A stretch of 52,454 bases of DNA from an uncultured Bacteroides sp. Its GTDB lineage: Bacteria > Bacteroidota > Bacteroidia > Bacteroidales > Muribaculaceae. The notes under the pieces are model-generated. The model was not told the origin of the DNA, ran no database searches, and saw nothing but the letters and a program-made list of their open reading frames with translations. The stretch's first letter is position 1. Every line of letters begins with the position of its first letter. The DNA lies in the NCBI GenBank assembly GCA_964440745.1, contig CAYTXF010000004.1, positions 1 through 52,454 of the forward strand, read 5' to 3'. Shown piece after piece: positions 9,048-19,304 of the stretch. The translations under genes were made by a program, and so were the position numbers.

Positions 9048-10370
9048 CTACAGATACAGGCTTACTTTCACTCGCTGTCCCTTGATTTTTGCTCCAGATA
9101 GGGCATTGATGGTGGCATCAGCCATCGAGCGCGGCACTGCCACTATCGCGCAGTGATCCTTGACCACGATTTTGCCAATGTCTTTGCCGTCGAGACCTCC
9201 CTGCTTGCCGAGGAAGCCCAGTACGTCGCCCTTGGAGATCTTTTCCTTTTTGCCTAAGTTGAGGTATAGGGTGGCTCGGTCGCTGACGATTGGGTCAGGA
9301 TTGTCAACTGAGGGCACATATTCGCTGTCGGCATCGAGATATTCGGGAAGTTTTTCATTTTCCGAGACCAGCACGTATACATGGCCCTCGGCATCCACGC
9401 GGGCTGTGCGGCCGTTGCGGTGGGTCCAGCTCTCCGGGGTAGGGGGCAGATGGTAGTGCACCACCGAACGCACAGCCTCGATGTCAAGGCCGCGGCTGCC
9501 CAGGTCGGTGCTGACCAGGATGGGGGTAGTGCCATTGTTGAGCATGTCGATGGCGAGTTCGCGCTGCAGTTGGTCAAGGCCGCCATGATAGAGCCCCACG
9601 GGCATGTCCTTCTTCTTGAGATATTCGTAGACGCGCTCGGCGCTTTCGCGATGATTCACAAACACGATTGTGCGGCCATTGGGCAGCGATTCGAGCAGCT
9701 TGCCCAGGCTCTCGAGTTTGTCTTTGGAGTCGGCCCGCACGATTTCCACCACTGTGCGGCTGCGCGGAGCCTCGGTCTTGCTGCTGTAATCGATGACCTT
9801 GGCTTGGCTCAGATCGATGAAGTCAGGCATCTCGGCCAATGGCGTGGCTGAAGTGAGTGTGACGTAGCGCAGACGGTGCATGCGCTTTACGATGCGGCGC
9901 ATCTGGTCGTGGAAGCCCAGTTCCAGAGCCTTGTCGTACTCGTCGAGCACCAACTGCTGGGTGCGCGACACATCGATGGTGTCGCGCAGGATATGGTCGA
10001 GCAGTCGACCTGGGGTGGCCACCACGATGTCAGGCACAATTTGCAAGGAATTGACTTCTTCGGGCATGGGATGACCGCCATAGAGAGCCACTGTCTTGAA
10101 ACCCTTGGCAATTGGTCGCACCACATCGGCAATCTGGATTACCAATTCGCGGCTTGGGGCGATGATCACAGCCTGGGGCGATGTCAGTTTCTGCTCGTGC
10201 TTTAGGCGCGAAGCCAAAGGCACGGCGAATGCCAGAGTCTTTCCGCTGCCGGTAGGCGAAAGCAGGATTATGCGTTCGCTTTTGGCATTGCTGACAGCTC
10301 GCTGCATGGGATTGAGCTGCTCCACGCCGTGGCGTTCACCGATTTGCTGTAGAATTTCTTTCAGTGTCAT
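9048..10370 (-). CDS. DEAD-box RNA helicase, DbpA-like
   Basis: Q motif, SPTGSGKT, PSREL, TPGR, DEYD (motif II), SAT, RGLD, HRNGRTAR; C-terminal DbpA-type RNA-binding domain (GKKEKISKGD...IGKI). Confidence 0.92.
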   Translation of the reverse strand: MTLKEILQQIGERHGVEQLNPMQRAVSNAKSERIILLSPTGSGKTLAFAVPLASRLKHEQKLTSPQAVIIAPSRELVIQIADVVRPIAKGFKTVALYGGHPMPEEVNSLQIVPDIVVATPGRLLDHILRDTIDVSRTQQLVLDEYDKALELGFHDQMRRIVKRMHRLRYVTLTSATPLAEMPDFIDLSQAKVIDYSSKTEAPRSRTVVEIVRADSKDKLESLGKLLESLPNGRTIVFVNHRESAERVYEYLKKKDMPVGLYHGGLDQLQRELAIDMLNNGTTPILVSTDLGSRGLDIEAVRSVVHYHLPPTPESWTHRNGRTARVDAEGHVYVLVSENEKLPEYLDADSEYVPSVDNPDPIVSDRATLYLNLGKKEKISKGDVLGFLGKQGGLDGKDIGKIVVKDHCAIVAVPRSMADATINALSGAKIKGQRVKVSLYL

Positions 10371-10402
10371 ATTCTTGTAGGTTATGAGTTGTCAAAATTA
10401 TG

Positions 10403-10435
10403 TAGGAAATGGCGGGGCATCCCCGCCATTTCCTA
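10403..10435 (-). terminator. Hairpin downstream of the thioredoxin gene
   Basis: TAGGAAATGGCGGGG-CAT-CCCCGCCATTTCCTA, a perfect 15-bp stem next to a TAATTTTG -7 element (10393-10400, minus) for the helicase. Confidence 0.65.
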
Positions 10436-10453
10436 TTATGGGTGAGGGGCGGA

Positions 10454-10987
10454 TTACTCGGTGGTGTACATTTCGTCGGCCACCATGCGCTTGAGGTGGT
10501 CAGCGATGATGGGTGTCAGTATGCTGTCGGGAGCGGCGCCCACCTCATCGGGCTTGATCGAGCCCTCTACGAAGTCGCCAAGGCCCACATGGCGCTGCAT
10601 TGTGCCATTGGGGAGCAGGATCACAACGGTAGGCACTGACTCAATCTCAAATGCGGTTGCGGTCTCGGGATTGGCCTCGATGTCAACCGAATAGAATGCT
10701 ACTTGGCCCTTGTATTCGTCGGCTACGATATGATAGGCGGGAGTGAGCTTCTTGCAGGGTACGCACCATGTGGCGTTGAAGTCGAGCACGGTGGGAATGG
10801 CCACTTCGGTGGTGGGACGGAAGAGAGAGTCATTCTCAAGGTTGATCACGCCCTCGTAGGCATTGGGCACATTGATTTCGGCCTGGGTCTCAGCCTCTTC
10901 TTCGGTCTTGTTCTCAGCCTTGCTTCCGCATGCGGTGAAGCCAGCTACGATGGCCGAGGCCATCAGGAGATAGAAAATCTTCTTCAT
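10454..10987 (-). CDS. Thioredoxin-family lipoprotein
   Basis: Lipobox FTAC, DFNATWCVPC active site, cis-Pro SVPT. Confidence 0.88.
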   Translation of the reverse strand: MKKIFYLLMASAIVAGFTACGSKAENKTEEEAETQAEINVPNAYEGVINLENDSLFRPTTEVAIPTVLDFNATWCVPCKKLTPAYHIVADEYKGQVAFYSVDIEANPETATAFEIESVPTVVILLPNGTMQRHVGLGDFVEGSIKPDEVGAAPDSILTPIIADHLKRMVADEMYTTE

Positions 10988-11056
10988 AGTTTCTCTGGTT
11001 TAGTTGAATAACATTGATGTTTGATTTTTGGTTTTGTCTTTGTCAAAAGATGGGTC

Positions 11057-12895
11057 TCAGGATCCGGCATTCAGGTTCTGCATGTCGACCAGGCGCTTAT
11101 AATACCCGCCGAGGGCCAGGAGCGAGTCGTGGGTGCCACGCTCAACGATGCGCCCCTCGTGGAGCACGCAGATCATGTCGGCGTTGCGTATGGTGCTCAG
11201 GCGGTGAGCAATCACCAGGGTGGTGCGGTCCTGCATGAGTCGGTCGAGGGCTTCTTGCACCAAATGCTCGCTCTCGCTGTCGAGGGCCGAGGTGGCCTCG
11301 TCGAGGATAAGAATGGGCGGATTCTTGAGGATGGCGCGGGCAATCGACAGGCGCTGGCGCTGTCCGCCGCTGAGGCGGCAGCCTCGGTCGCCGATGCATG
11401 TGTCGTAGCCTTGTTCGCTGGCCATGATGAAGTCGTGGGCGTTGGCAATCTTGGCGGCAGCCACTACCTCGTCCATGGTGGCGTGGTCCACGCCGAATGT
11501 TATGTTGTTGTAGATGGTATCGTTGAAAAGGATGGCCTCTTGGTTGACATTGCCCATGAGCGAACGCAGATCATGCACTTTGAAATCGCGTATGTCGATG
11601 CCGTCGATGGTGATGCGCCCCTTGTCGACATCATAAAAGCGGGGCACCAGGTCAGCCATGGTGGTCTTGCCGCTTCCCGACTGCCCCACCAAGGCCACTG
11701 TGGCTCCCGAGGGGATGTCGAGGCTTACATCTTCGAGCACCGGCTTGTCGGCATAGGAAAAAGTCACGTCCTCATAGCGTATCGGGCCAGCCACTACGGG
11801 CAGCGGCTTGGGATCCTTGGGGTCGCGGATGGGATTCTCTGCGTTGAGGATCTTGTCGACACGTTGCATCGACGCCAATCCCTTCTGTATCGAATACATG
11901 GCCTTGCTCAGATCCTTGGCGGGATTGATGATGCTGTAGAAGATTACCATGTAGTAGATGAATGATGCGGCATTCATCGAGGATGCGCCGGTTAGGATCA
12001 ATGCTCCGCCGAACCACAGCACGATTGCTATCGCTACTGTGCCCAGGAATTCGCTCATGGGGTGGGCCAGCGACTGTCGGCGAGCCACTACATTGCTCAG
12101 ATGATAGAATTCTTGGTTCTCCTGGTGGAAACGCGCTTTCACCTTGTCCTCGGCATTGAAGGCCTTGATGATGCGCAGGCCCCCCAAGGTCTCTTCGATA
12201 TTGGTCATCAGGGTGCCCCACTGGTTCTGCAGTTCGAGGCTCTTGCGCTTGAGCCTCTTGCCCACGCGGCCCATGACCAAGCCCGCTAAGGGCAGCAATA
12301 TCAGCACGAACACAGTCAGCTGCCAGCTGATCGCGATCATCATGCTCAGGCACACGATTATCATCACGGGGTTCTTGAAGAACATGTCGAGCGATGACAT
12401 TACCGAGTTTTCTATCTCTGTCACGTCGCCGCTCATGCGGGCCATCACATCGCCTTTCCTCTCGCTTGTGAAGAAGCCGATGGGGAGGGTTGTGATCTTG
12501 TCATAGACATAGTTGCGGATGTCTCTTACGATGCCGCTGCGCAGGGGTATGATAAAATAACTGCTCAGGTAGGCTGTGCCTGTCTTCAGGGCTGTCATTA
12601 TCACCAGGGCGATTCCCAAGAAGCCCAAGGTGGTAACCTGGCCGAATTTCTGCAGCGACTGCTGAGTGTAGTAATAGAAATTGTTGATAGCCACATCCTT
12701 GAGGCTTCCCTCGCCAAGGGTCATGAACTGATAGTGGGCCTCCTTGATCTCAAAGAGCATCTCCAGGATAGGGATAATCAGGGCGAATGAAAAGAGCGTA
12801 AGGAAGGCCGTAAGAATATTGAAGATAATATTCAGTATCATGTAGCGCTTGTAGGGGGGTACAAATCGCCTCAATATCTTGATAAAGTCGTTCAT
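11057..12895 (-). CDS. ABC exporter, fused TMD and NBD (MsbA-like)
   Basis: TM helices; GQSGSGKT, LSGGQRQR, ILDEATS, IAHRLST. Confidence 0.92.
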   Translation of the reverse strand: MNDFIKILRRFVPPYKRYMILNIIFNILTAFLTLFSFALIIPILEMLFEIKEAHYQFMTLGEGSLKDVAINNFYYYTQQSLQKFGQVTTLGFLGIALVIMTALKTGTAYLSSYFIIPLRSGIVRDIRNYVYDKITTLPIGFFTSERKGDVMARMSGDVTEIENSVMSSLDMFFKNPVMIIVCLSMMIAISWQLTVFVLILLPLAGLVMGRVGKRLKRKSLELQNQWGTLMTNIEETLGGLRIIKAFNAEDKVKARFHQENQEFYHLSNVVARRQSLAHPMSEFLGTVAIAIVLWFGGALILTGASSMNAASFIYYMVIFYSIINPAKDLSKAMYSIQKGLASMQRVDKILNAENPIRDPKDPKPLPVVAGPIRYEDVTFSYADKPVLEDVSLDIPSGATVALVGQSGSGKTTMADLVPRFYDVDKGRITIDGIDIRDFKVHDLRSLMGNVNQEAILFNDTIYNNITFGVDHATMDEVVAAAKIANAHDFIMASEQGYDTCIGDRGCRLSGGQRQRLSIARAILKNPPILILDEATSALDSESEHLVQEALDRLMQDRTTLVIAHRLSTIRNADMICVLHEGRIVERGTHDSLLALGGYYKRLVDMQNLNAGS

Positions 12896-13013
12896 ATCAA
12901 CAGAAATAATTGCAAAATTACAAAAACTTTTCTATATATCTTCAATTTCATGCAATTATAGTTTTTGTTGCAGATTAGGCATTTGCAATAAGGCAATTTG
13001 TCGACGGTTAAAG

Positions 13014-13081
13014 AAAGTGACATCAAAATGTCACTTTTTCTGTAAATAGAGTGTCAAATTGAAAGATATTTACTATATTTG
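13014..13081 (+). promoter_or_regulatory. asnB promoter region: operator-like palindrome and -7 element
   Basis: AAAGTGACAT-CAAA-ATGTCACTTT (13014-13037) and TATATTTG (13074-13081); divergent TAATTTTG for the ABC gene at 12913-12920 (minus). Confidence 0.5.
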
Positions 13082-13119
13082 CGGAAAATTTCTAAGGTAA
13101 AAATTAAAATCATAACTTT

Positions 13120-14784
13120 ATGTGCGGAATAATAGCCGTGTTCAATACTCGCGATGAGGCCCAGGCTTTGCGCCCGCAGGTGCTAAAGCAGTCAAAAACA
13201 ATCCGTCACCGCGGTCCCGACTGGTCGGGGATATATTGCGGTGAGAATGCTATATTGGCTCACGAGCGTCTGTCGATCGTGGATCCGGAGTCGGGAGGCC
13301 AGCCCCTGAAAACCAAGGATGGCAAGGTGATCCTGTCGGTGAATGGAGAGATATACAATCATCGCGACTTGCGCAAGCGTTACGCTGATTCTTACGAGTT
13401 CCTGACCGGAAGCGACTGCGAGGTAATACTGGCGCTATATCGCGACAAAGGGCCGGATTTCTTAGGCGAGCTCAATGGCATATATGCTTTTGTCCTCTAC
13501 GATGAGGAGAATGACTTCATGATGGTGGCTCGCGACCCCATAGGCGTGATTCCTCTCTACACTGGCACTGACGCTCACGGCCATCGCTATTTCGCATCGG
13601 AGCTTAAAGCTCTCGAGGGTTATTGCAATGTGATCGAGCCTTTCCTGCCAGGGCATGTGTGGGACAGCCGTTCGGGCGAAATGCGGCGATGGTACCACCG
13701 CGATTGGGAAAGTTATGACGCCGTGAAGGACAATGTCACTTCCATCCCGGCGCTTCGCGAGGCTTTGGAAAAGGCCGTAGAGCGCCAACTCATGAGCGAC
13801 GTGCCTTATGGGGTGCTGCTAAGCGGCGGTCTCGATTCGAGCATCATATCGGCGGTTGCTGCCAAGTTTGCGCCAAGGCGCATCGAGAGCGGGGGCGAGC
13901 AGGCTGCCTGGTGGCCGAGGCTCCACTCTTTTGCCGTAGGCCTCAAGGGGGCGCCTGACTTGGCTGCAGCGCGCAAGGTGGCTGAGCATATTGGCACAGT
14001 GCACCACGAGATCAACTACACTGTGCAAGAGGGGTTGGATGCCATCCGCGACGTGATTTATTATTTGGAAACTTATGATGTCACCACTGTGCGCGCTTCC
14101 ACGCCCATGTATCTGCTGGCGCGAGTGATCAAGTCGATGGGCATAAAGATGGTGCTCAGCGGCGAAGGCGCCGATGAGATTTTCGGCGGCTATCTGTATT
14201 TCCACAAGGCCCCCAATGCTCAGGCTTTCCATGAGGAGACAGTGAGAAAACTCTCAAAGCTCCATCTCTACGACTGCCTGCGAGCCAACAAGGCCCTTTC
14301 GGCCTGGGGCGTCGAGGGTCGCGTGCCTTTCCTGGACACTGAATTCCTGGATGTGGCGATGCGCCTGAATCCTGCCGACAAGATGGCCGGCAAGGGCAAG
14401 ATGGAGAAGTGGGTGCTCCGCAAGGCCTTTGAGGATTTATTGCCAGAGGAAATAGCATGGAGGCAGAAGGAGCAGTTCAGCGATGGCGTGGGCTATTCGT
14501 GGATCGATACGCTCAAGGCTGTCACCGCCGAGGCAGTGACCGACGAGATGATGCGCACCGCAGCTCTGCGATTCCCGGTGAATCCGCCGCAGAACAAGGA
14601 GGAATATTATTATCGCAGCATCTTTGAAGAGCATTTCCCGAGCGCCACCGCAGCAGCCTGTGTGCCTTCGGTACCCTCAGTGGCCTGCTCCACAGCCGAG
14701 GCCCTGGCCTGGGACGCCTCTTTCAAGAACCTCAACGACCCCAGCGGCCGCGCCGTCAAAGCCGTCCACGAGCACGCATATTAA
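13120..14784 (+). CDS. asnB: Asparagine synthetase B (glutamine-hydrolysing)
   Basis: N-terminal MCGI, HRGPD, NGEIYN, LSGGLDSS, SGEGADE, RVPFLD, KEQFSDGVG. Confidence 0.96.
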   Translation: MCGIIAVFNTRDEAQALRPQVLKQSKTIRHRGPDWSGIYCGENAILAHERLSIVDPESGGQPLKTKDGKVILSVNGEIYNHRDLRKRYADSYEFLTGSDCEVILALYRDKGPDFLGELNGIYAFVLYDEENDFMMVARDPIGVIPLYTGTDAHGHRYFASELKALEGYCNVIEPFLPGHVWDSRSGEMRRWYHRDWESYDAVKDNVTSIPALREALEKAVERQLMSDVPYGVLLSGGLDSSIISAVAAKFAPRRIESGGEQAAWWPRLHSFAVGLKGAPDLAAARKVAEHIGTVHHEINYTVQEGLDAIRDVIYYLETYDVTTVRASTPMYLLARVIKSMGIKMVLSGEGADEIFGGYLYFHKAPNAQAFHEETVRKLSKLHLYDCLRANKALSAWGVEGRVPFLDTEFLDVAMRLNPADKMAGKGKMEKWVLRKAFEDLLPEEIAWRQKEQFSDGVGYSWIDTLKAVTAEAVTDEMMRTAALRFPVNPPQNKEEYYYRSIFEEHFPSATAAACVPSVPSVACSTAEALAWDASFKNLNDPSGRAVKAVHEHAY

Positions 14785-14797
14785 AAACATATTTATT

Positions 14798-14848
14798 ATT
14801 GCAGCGCATCATCCTATTTAAATAAGAAATTGGGTGATGTGCTGCAAT
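14798..14848 (+). terminator. Hairpin downstream of asnB
   Basis: ATTGCAGCGCATCATCC ... GGGTGATGTGCTGCAAT stem with G-U pairs. Confidence 0.55.
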
Positions 14849-14935
14849 TTGTTAAGAGGGGCAGTATTAGCATTGTTTTTTTTGGTGGTTTATGGAATAA
14901 TTTGTAATTTTGTAACAGAATTGTAATTTCATTCC

Positions 14936-16177
14936 ATGAAGACGCTTGTTTTAGTGACCGAGCAGTTTCCAATTGCTGGGGTCACCGAGTCCACGTTTCT
15001 GCAACCTGAACTCCCGCTTTTAAAAAAAGAATTTGACCGTGTTGTCATAGTGCCAAAATTCTACGAAGGCCCCTTTAGGGACCCCGAGCCCACCGAATTT
15101 TACGAGGTTGACGCTCGGTTTGCTCGCATGCCCCGCATGACGGCCCTACAGGCTATGAAAAGCCTGCTCACAACCTACATGTGGCGTCAGATAGCAGCAC
15201 ATCCCATCTCTTTGGTGTCGCCGGCCAGGATGAGGAAGGTATTGTCAATCACACATCGCTCGCGCCTTTTTGCCAATTGGCTTGCCCATGAATATCCTGC
15301 AACCGCAGAAAATCCTGTCACAGTGTACAACTTTTGGTTTGACATTGGCGCCTCGGCAGCCACATTTATACCTTATTCCCCCTATTGCAAGTTCTTCGCC
15401 CGCGCACACAGGCAGGACCTTTATGATCTGCCCGGCGAGCGCAAGCCTTTATTGCTCAGGAGGCACACTCTGCAAGCCATTGAGGGAGTGTGGGCCTGTT
15501 CGGAATATGGACAGCGATATCTCATCAGCCAGTTCCCCGAGCAAGAAAAGAAAATCCACTGCGCCTTCTTGGGTTCCACCAAACTGTATCCGGAAATGTC
15601 GCCGACGCCTAAGGAAAAAGATCCCTTCACTTTTCTCACTGTGTGCCGCCTGACATCGGTGAAGCGCGTGCTTTTCACCCTCGATTGCCTGCATGCGCTG
15701 GCTCGAAAGCATCCTCGCATGAAATTCCGCTGGGATGTGATAGGCGACGGCCCCGAGCGCATAGAGCTCGAGCGCCGCATAGGCCATGCCCCCACTAATC
15801 TCGAGGTGGTGATGCATGGAGAGCAGCCTAATGAGCAAGTGCAGCGCCACTATGTGGAGCATCCTGCCCATTTCTTTCTCTTGCTGAGCGAAAGCGAGGG
15901 CTTGCCAGTGGCAATAATGGAAAGTTTGTCCTACGGAGTGCCTGTGCTCTCTACGCGCATCGACGGCATCCCGGAGGCCATCACCGATGGGGACAACGGG
16001 CTGTTGATGGATGTGAATCAGGGAAAGAAAGACTTTGTGGAACTGATAGAGCCTTATCTTAAGGATCCCAAACTTTTGGAGCAGATGAGAGAGCGCGCCT
16101 ATGCCAGCTGGCAGGCACGCTTCGACGCGCAGCCTCTTCGTGAGGAATTTGTCAAGATGATGGCAAATTGGATATAG
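14936..16177 (+). CDS. Glycosyltransferase family 4 (GT-B)
   Basis: CRLTSVKR, IGDGP, SEGLPVAIMESLSYGVPV (EX7E), DGDNG; TAATTTTG upstream at 14905-14912. Confidence 0.9.
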   Translation: MKTLVLVTEQFPIAGVTESTFLQPELPLLKKEFDRVVIVPKFYEGPFRDPEPTEFYEVDARFARMPRMTALQAMKSLLTTYMWRQIAAHPISLVSPARMRKVLSITHRSRLFANWLAHEYPATAENPVTVYNFWFDIGASAATFIPYSPYCKFFARAHRQDLYDLPGERKPLLLRRHTLQAIEGVWACSEYGQRYLISQFPEQEKKIHCAFLGSTKLYPEMSPTPKEKDPFTFLTVCRLTSVKRVLFTLDCLHALARKHPRMKFRWDVIGDGPERIELERRIGHAPTNLEVVMHGEQPNEQVQRHYVEHPAHFFLLLSESEGLPVAIMESLSYGVPVLSTRIDGIPEAITDGDNGLLMDVNQGKKDFVELIEPYLKDPKLLEQMRERAYASWQARFDAQPLREEFVKMMANWI

Positions 16178-16186
16178 ACAGCCAAA

Positions 16187-17104
16187 TTATTTAGGGAAGA
16201 AGGGCCTAAGCAGGCGAGCGGCTCCCCGCGCGCCCATGGCTGTGTAGCAGTACGCGAATGTGTAAAGGAACGAGCGCCAGCGATTGGCAGGCTTGATTTT
16301 GCTCTTCAGGGCATGAGCCTGATCTTTGCTGCCCTCCTTGTAGTAATTGCCCGCCAGGATGGCGCGCTTGAGATTCACGATCCACCATTTGGTATTTGGC
16401 AGCGACTGCTCAATGCAATCGAGCGAATGCTCGCGCATAGGGCCGTTGTGGCTCATGTTGGTGCCGGTGATGCTCGCATGCTGCTCGATTTGGGTCACCG
16501 AGGTGCCTCCGCCAAGAATCACAAACTGACCGCGGCTGTCGAGAAGTTTGAGCAGACGCACCCCCAATTCTATGTCATTCCACACCATGACATCCGGGCG
16601 CCACAAGCCGGCATCGCGCACCAGTTGGGTGCGAGCCATGTAGCGCTGAGTGGCCAGCGAGGCATGATGCACACAGTGGAAGAGAGCATCATCGTTCTCG
16701 CATGGCAATATCCTTTTCTTGCCTTTCAGAGGGATGATTTCCACTGGCCATCCTACGATTTGAGCCTTGGGGTTGTGATTGGCCCCTGCCATGACTCGGG
16801 CGCAATGCTCGGGCGCCATGAGGTCGTCGCTGTCGAAAAACATCACCCACACGCTTTTTACCAACTTCAGCCCCGCGTTGCGCGCTGCCGAGGCCCCAAG
16901 CTTTGGCTCGCTCACCAGCTCTATGGTGAAATCTTTCGATGCATTGAGCCGTTGCCAATTCTTGAGCACCTCATAGGTGTCGTCAGTGCTGCCATTATCA
17001 ACCAAAATGATGTGGAGCGGACGGTATGTCTGCTTAAGCACCGAATCGAGGGTGCTTTGCACTTGATGTGCGCGGTTGCGCACGGGGATTACGATCGACA
17101 GCAT
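16187..17104 (-). CDS. Glycosyltransferase family 2
   Basis: SIVIPVRN, VDNGSTD, GASAARNAG, FFDSDD. Confidence 0.9.
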   Translation of the reverse strand: MLSIVIPVRNRAHQVQSTLDSVLKQTYRPLHIILVDNGSTDDTYEVLKNWQRLNASKDFTIELVSEPKLGASAARNAGLKLVKSVWVMFFDSDDLMAPEHCARVMAGANHNPKAQIVGWPVEIIPLKGKKRILPCENDDALFHCVHHASLATQRYMARTQLVRDAGLWRPDVMVWNDIELGVRLLKLLDSRGQFVILGGGTSVTQIEQHASITGTNMSHNGPMREHSLDCIEQSLPNTKWWIVNLKRAILAGNYYKEGSKDQAHALKSKIKPANRWRSFLYTFAYCYTAMGARGAARLLRPFFPK

Positions 17105-17135
17105 ACTCTCTGATGTTTTGGTTAGGTCACTTACT

Positions 17136-19304
17136 TTATTCTTGCGGTATTCTTGGCTTCCGGTTGCGATGAGTTAACACTTTCTTTTTGCTGTTGAGCT
17201 TCTTCCATGCGGCCTTAGCCTTAAGCCAGAGCGGCGAGGGGGCAGATTGCATGTCGGCTTGCATCGGGTCGGCAAACGATTCGATTGCCTGAGGGGTCTC
17301 GCCAAACTGCTCGGGATAGATGACCAGCAGGTTGTTTTGTGAGAAATAGCGTTGCAGGAACTGCGGCATTTCCACCATTTCGCTTGTGTATGACACCGAG
17401 TTGACGCGTGTGCCAATCACTACGAAGAGATCGTCGTCGAGTACCTTGTTCGACATGATGATGAAATCGTCCCACTGTTCTACGGTCTCGAATTCGCAGC
17501 GTATGCCATAGTTCTCTTGATATATAACACCTCGGATCAAAGGTTGGCACTCGGCAGTGCAACAAAAAATTATGCGACAGCCCACTTGGCGCGTCAATCG
17601 AGCCAATCCGCGCACCCAACGGCTGAATCCAGTCTCGTATTGAGCCTTTGGCGGCGCCCACACTACGATGCGCGTGACAGCGTTAGGTGGGATGAAGCAG
17701 CGAGTGATGATCACCATCTTGTTGGTGGCTCGCAGCAGTTGGCTGATATTGTGGCCAAAGAAAGAGTCGATCACAGTGTTACGCCGGTGCATGCCCACGA
17801 TCACCTCAGTGATGTCACGCTCGTTGATGGCATTCACCAGGCCAGTGACCACGTTCACGTCGAAGCGGTCGAGAGTCTCCACCTTCACATCGGCAGCAGC
17901 ACCAGCCTTGACGGCCTCCTCCAGGGCGTTGCGCGAGACAGCGCGCGCTGTGTTGCCATTTTCATTGCGCACATGGATGGCATAGAAGTTGTGGCGTCCG
18001 CGATCGTTGCGCATTAGCACCGCCAGTTCGATAAGAGGCTGTGCCAGCAGTGGAGAACCTACGGAAATCAGAGTATTGTTGTGGCGCGTGCGCTTCACCA
18101 GATTGTCGCCGCTGCCATCCTCGCTGTCGAGCATCTCCACCTTAAGGCGCGCAGCGGCCCCCGAGGTTACCATTGGCGCGATGGCGCATGTCACCAGGAT
18201 TACCAGGATGGTGCTGTTGAGTATTGGCTCGCTGAGCATGCCCATGCGGAAGCCCAGGCTCACTACCGCCAAGGCTACGGCAGTGTGGGCGGTGGTGAGG
18301 CCGAACATCACGGTGCGGCTGGCGCTGCTCAGGCCATTGACCTTCTGCGCAATCCAAGCCGGCACCCATTTGCTTGCAAGGGCTACTACCAGCATGATGC
18401 CAGTCACCGCTAAGGTGCCATGTTCCATGATCACCCTGACATTAATCATCATGCCTACGCTTATCAGGAAGAAGGGGATGAAAAGAGCGTTGCCCACAAA
18501 CTCGATGCTTGACATCAGCGAAGAGCCGGCTGGCACGTAGCGGTTGAGCACCAGACCCGCAAAGAATGCGCCAAGCACGCCCTCGAGACCGATCACCTGG
18601 GCTATCCATGCAGCCAGGAACACCATGGTGAGGATATAGACATATTGGGTGACCTTGTCGTTGACATGCTTGAAGAAAATGCGCGTGATTCTCGGATAGG
18701 AATAAAGCACCACCAAGCAGTAAGCAATCATGAGCCCTAACAGGCGCAGCATGTCGTTGGCGTCGAGAGTGCCTTCGCGCTTTACGCTGGCGGCTCCCGC
18801 CAGCACAAGCAGGGCGCCGATCACGGCTATGATGGTGCCCACGATGGCGATCAGCACAGCCGGGGCCTTGCTAATGCCCAAGCGCGTGGCCACCGGGTAG
18901 GCGATCAGGGTATGCGAAGCGTACATGGCACCAAGCATCCAGGCAGTAAGCCAATTGAGATGCAGGATCCATACGCTGCTGGCGATGCCCATGGCCAGGG
19001 GGATGATCAGCGTCAGCAGACCGAATATGAGGCCGCGCTTGAGATTCAACTTTAAGTGGTACATATCGATCTCCAGGCCCGCCAGGAACATCAGGTAAAG
19101 CAGACCTACCTGGCCGAAAAGATCGAATGTGGAGTCACGGGCTATGATGTTGAATCCGTAAGGGCCCACCAGCACTCCGGCCACAATCATGCCGATGATG
19201 TGGGGCACCTTAAGCTTGTTTAGCAGCAATGGAGCGCACAGAATGATCCCAAGCACGATAAGGAATATCGTGACCGGCTGTGTCACTATTGCTGCTGTTA
19301 TCAT
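17136..19304 (-). CDS. CPA2 cation:proton antiporter with C-terminal USP-like domains
   Basis: Many TM segments, MFLAGLEID, GAFFAGL, soluble C-terminal half. The start is placed at ATG 19304 because the track's extension to 19379 translates a heptamer repeat. Confidence 0.88.
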   Translation of the reverse strand: MITAAIVTQPVTIFLIVLGIILCAPLLLNKLKVPHIIGMIVAGVLVGPYGFNIIARDSTFDLFGQVGLLYLMFLAGLEIDMYHLKLNLKRGLIFGLLTLIIPLAMGIASSVWILHLNWLTAWMLGAMYASHTLIAYPVATRLGISKAPAVLIAIVGTIIAVIGALLVLAGAASVKREGTLDANDMLRLLGLMIAYCLVVLYSYPRITRIFFKHVNDKVTQYVYILTMVFLAAWIAQVIGLEGVLGAFFAGLVLNRYVPAGSSLMSSIEFVGNALFIPFFLISVGMMINVRVIMEHGTLAVTGIMLVVALASKWVPAWIAQKVNGLSSASRTVMFGLTTAHTAVALAVVSLGFRMGMLSEPILNSTILVILVTCAIAPMVTSGAAARLKVEMLDSEDGSGDNLVKRTRHNNTLISVGSPLLAQPLIELAVLMRNDRGRHNFYAIHVRNENGNTARAVSRNALEEAVKAGAAADVKVETLDRFDVNVVTGLVNAINERDITEVIVGMHRRNTVIDSFFGHNISQLLRATNKMVIITRCFIPPNAVTRIVVWAPPKAQYETGFSRWVRGLARLTRQVGCRIIFCCTAECQPLIRGVIYQENYGIRCEFETVEQWDDFIIMSNKVLDDDLFVVIGTRVNSVSYTSEMVEMPQFLQRYFSQNNLLVIYPEQFGETPQAIESFADPMQADMQSAPSPLWLKAKAAWKKLNSKKKVLTHRNRKPRIPQE

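Noticed and set aside
9048-10370. DEYD in place of DEAD in the helicase
   Set aside because: DExD variation at the third position is ordinary and all other motifs are intact.
11021-11965. Long antisense ORFs (e.g. 11021-11965, 26637-27563, 29357-30334, 42065-42835, 49018-49830)
   Set aside because: They shadow well-supported genes on the opposite strand, as expected from GC-rich codon usage, and show no family motifs.
8083-17104. GT2, GT4, GT2, ABC exporter and asnB as a polysaccharide biosynthesis locus
   Set aside because: Genes have mixed orientations with separate promoters and terminators; there is no Wzx/Wzy or nucleotide-sugar gene; AsnB looks like the canonical housekeeping type.
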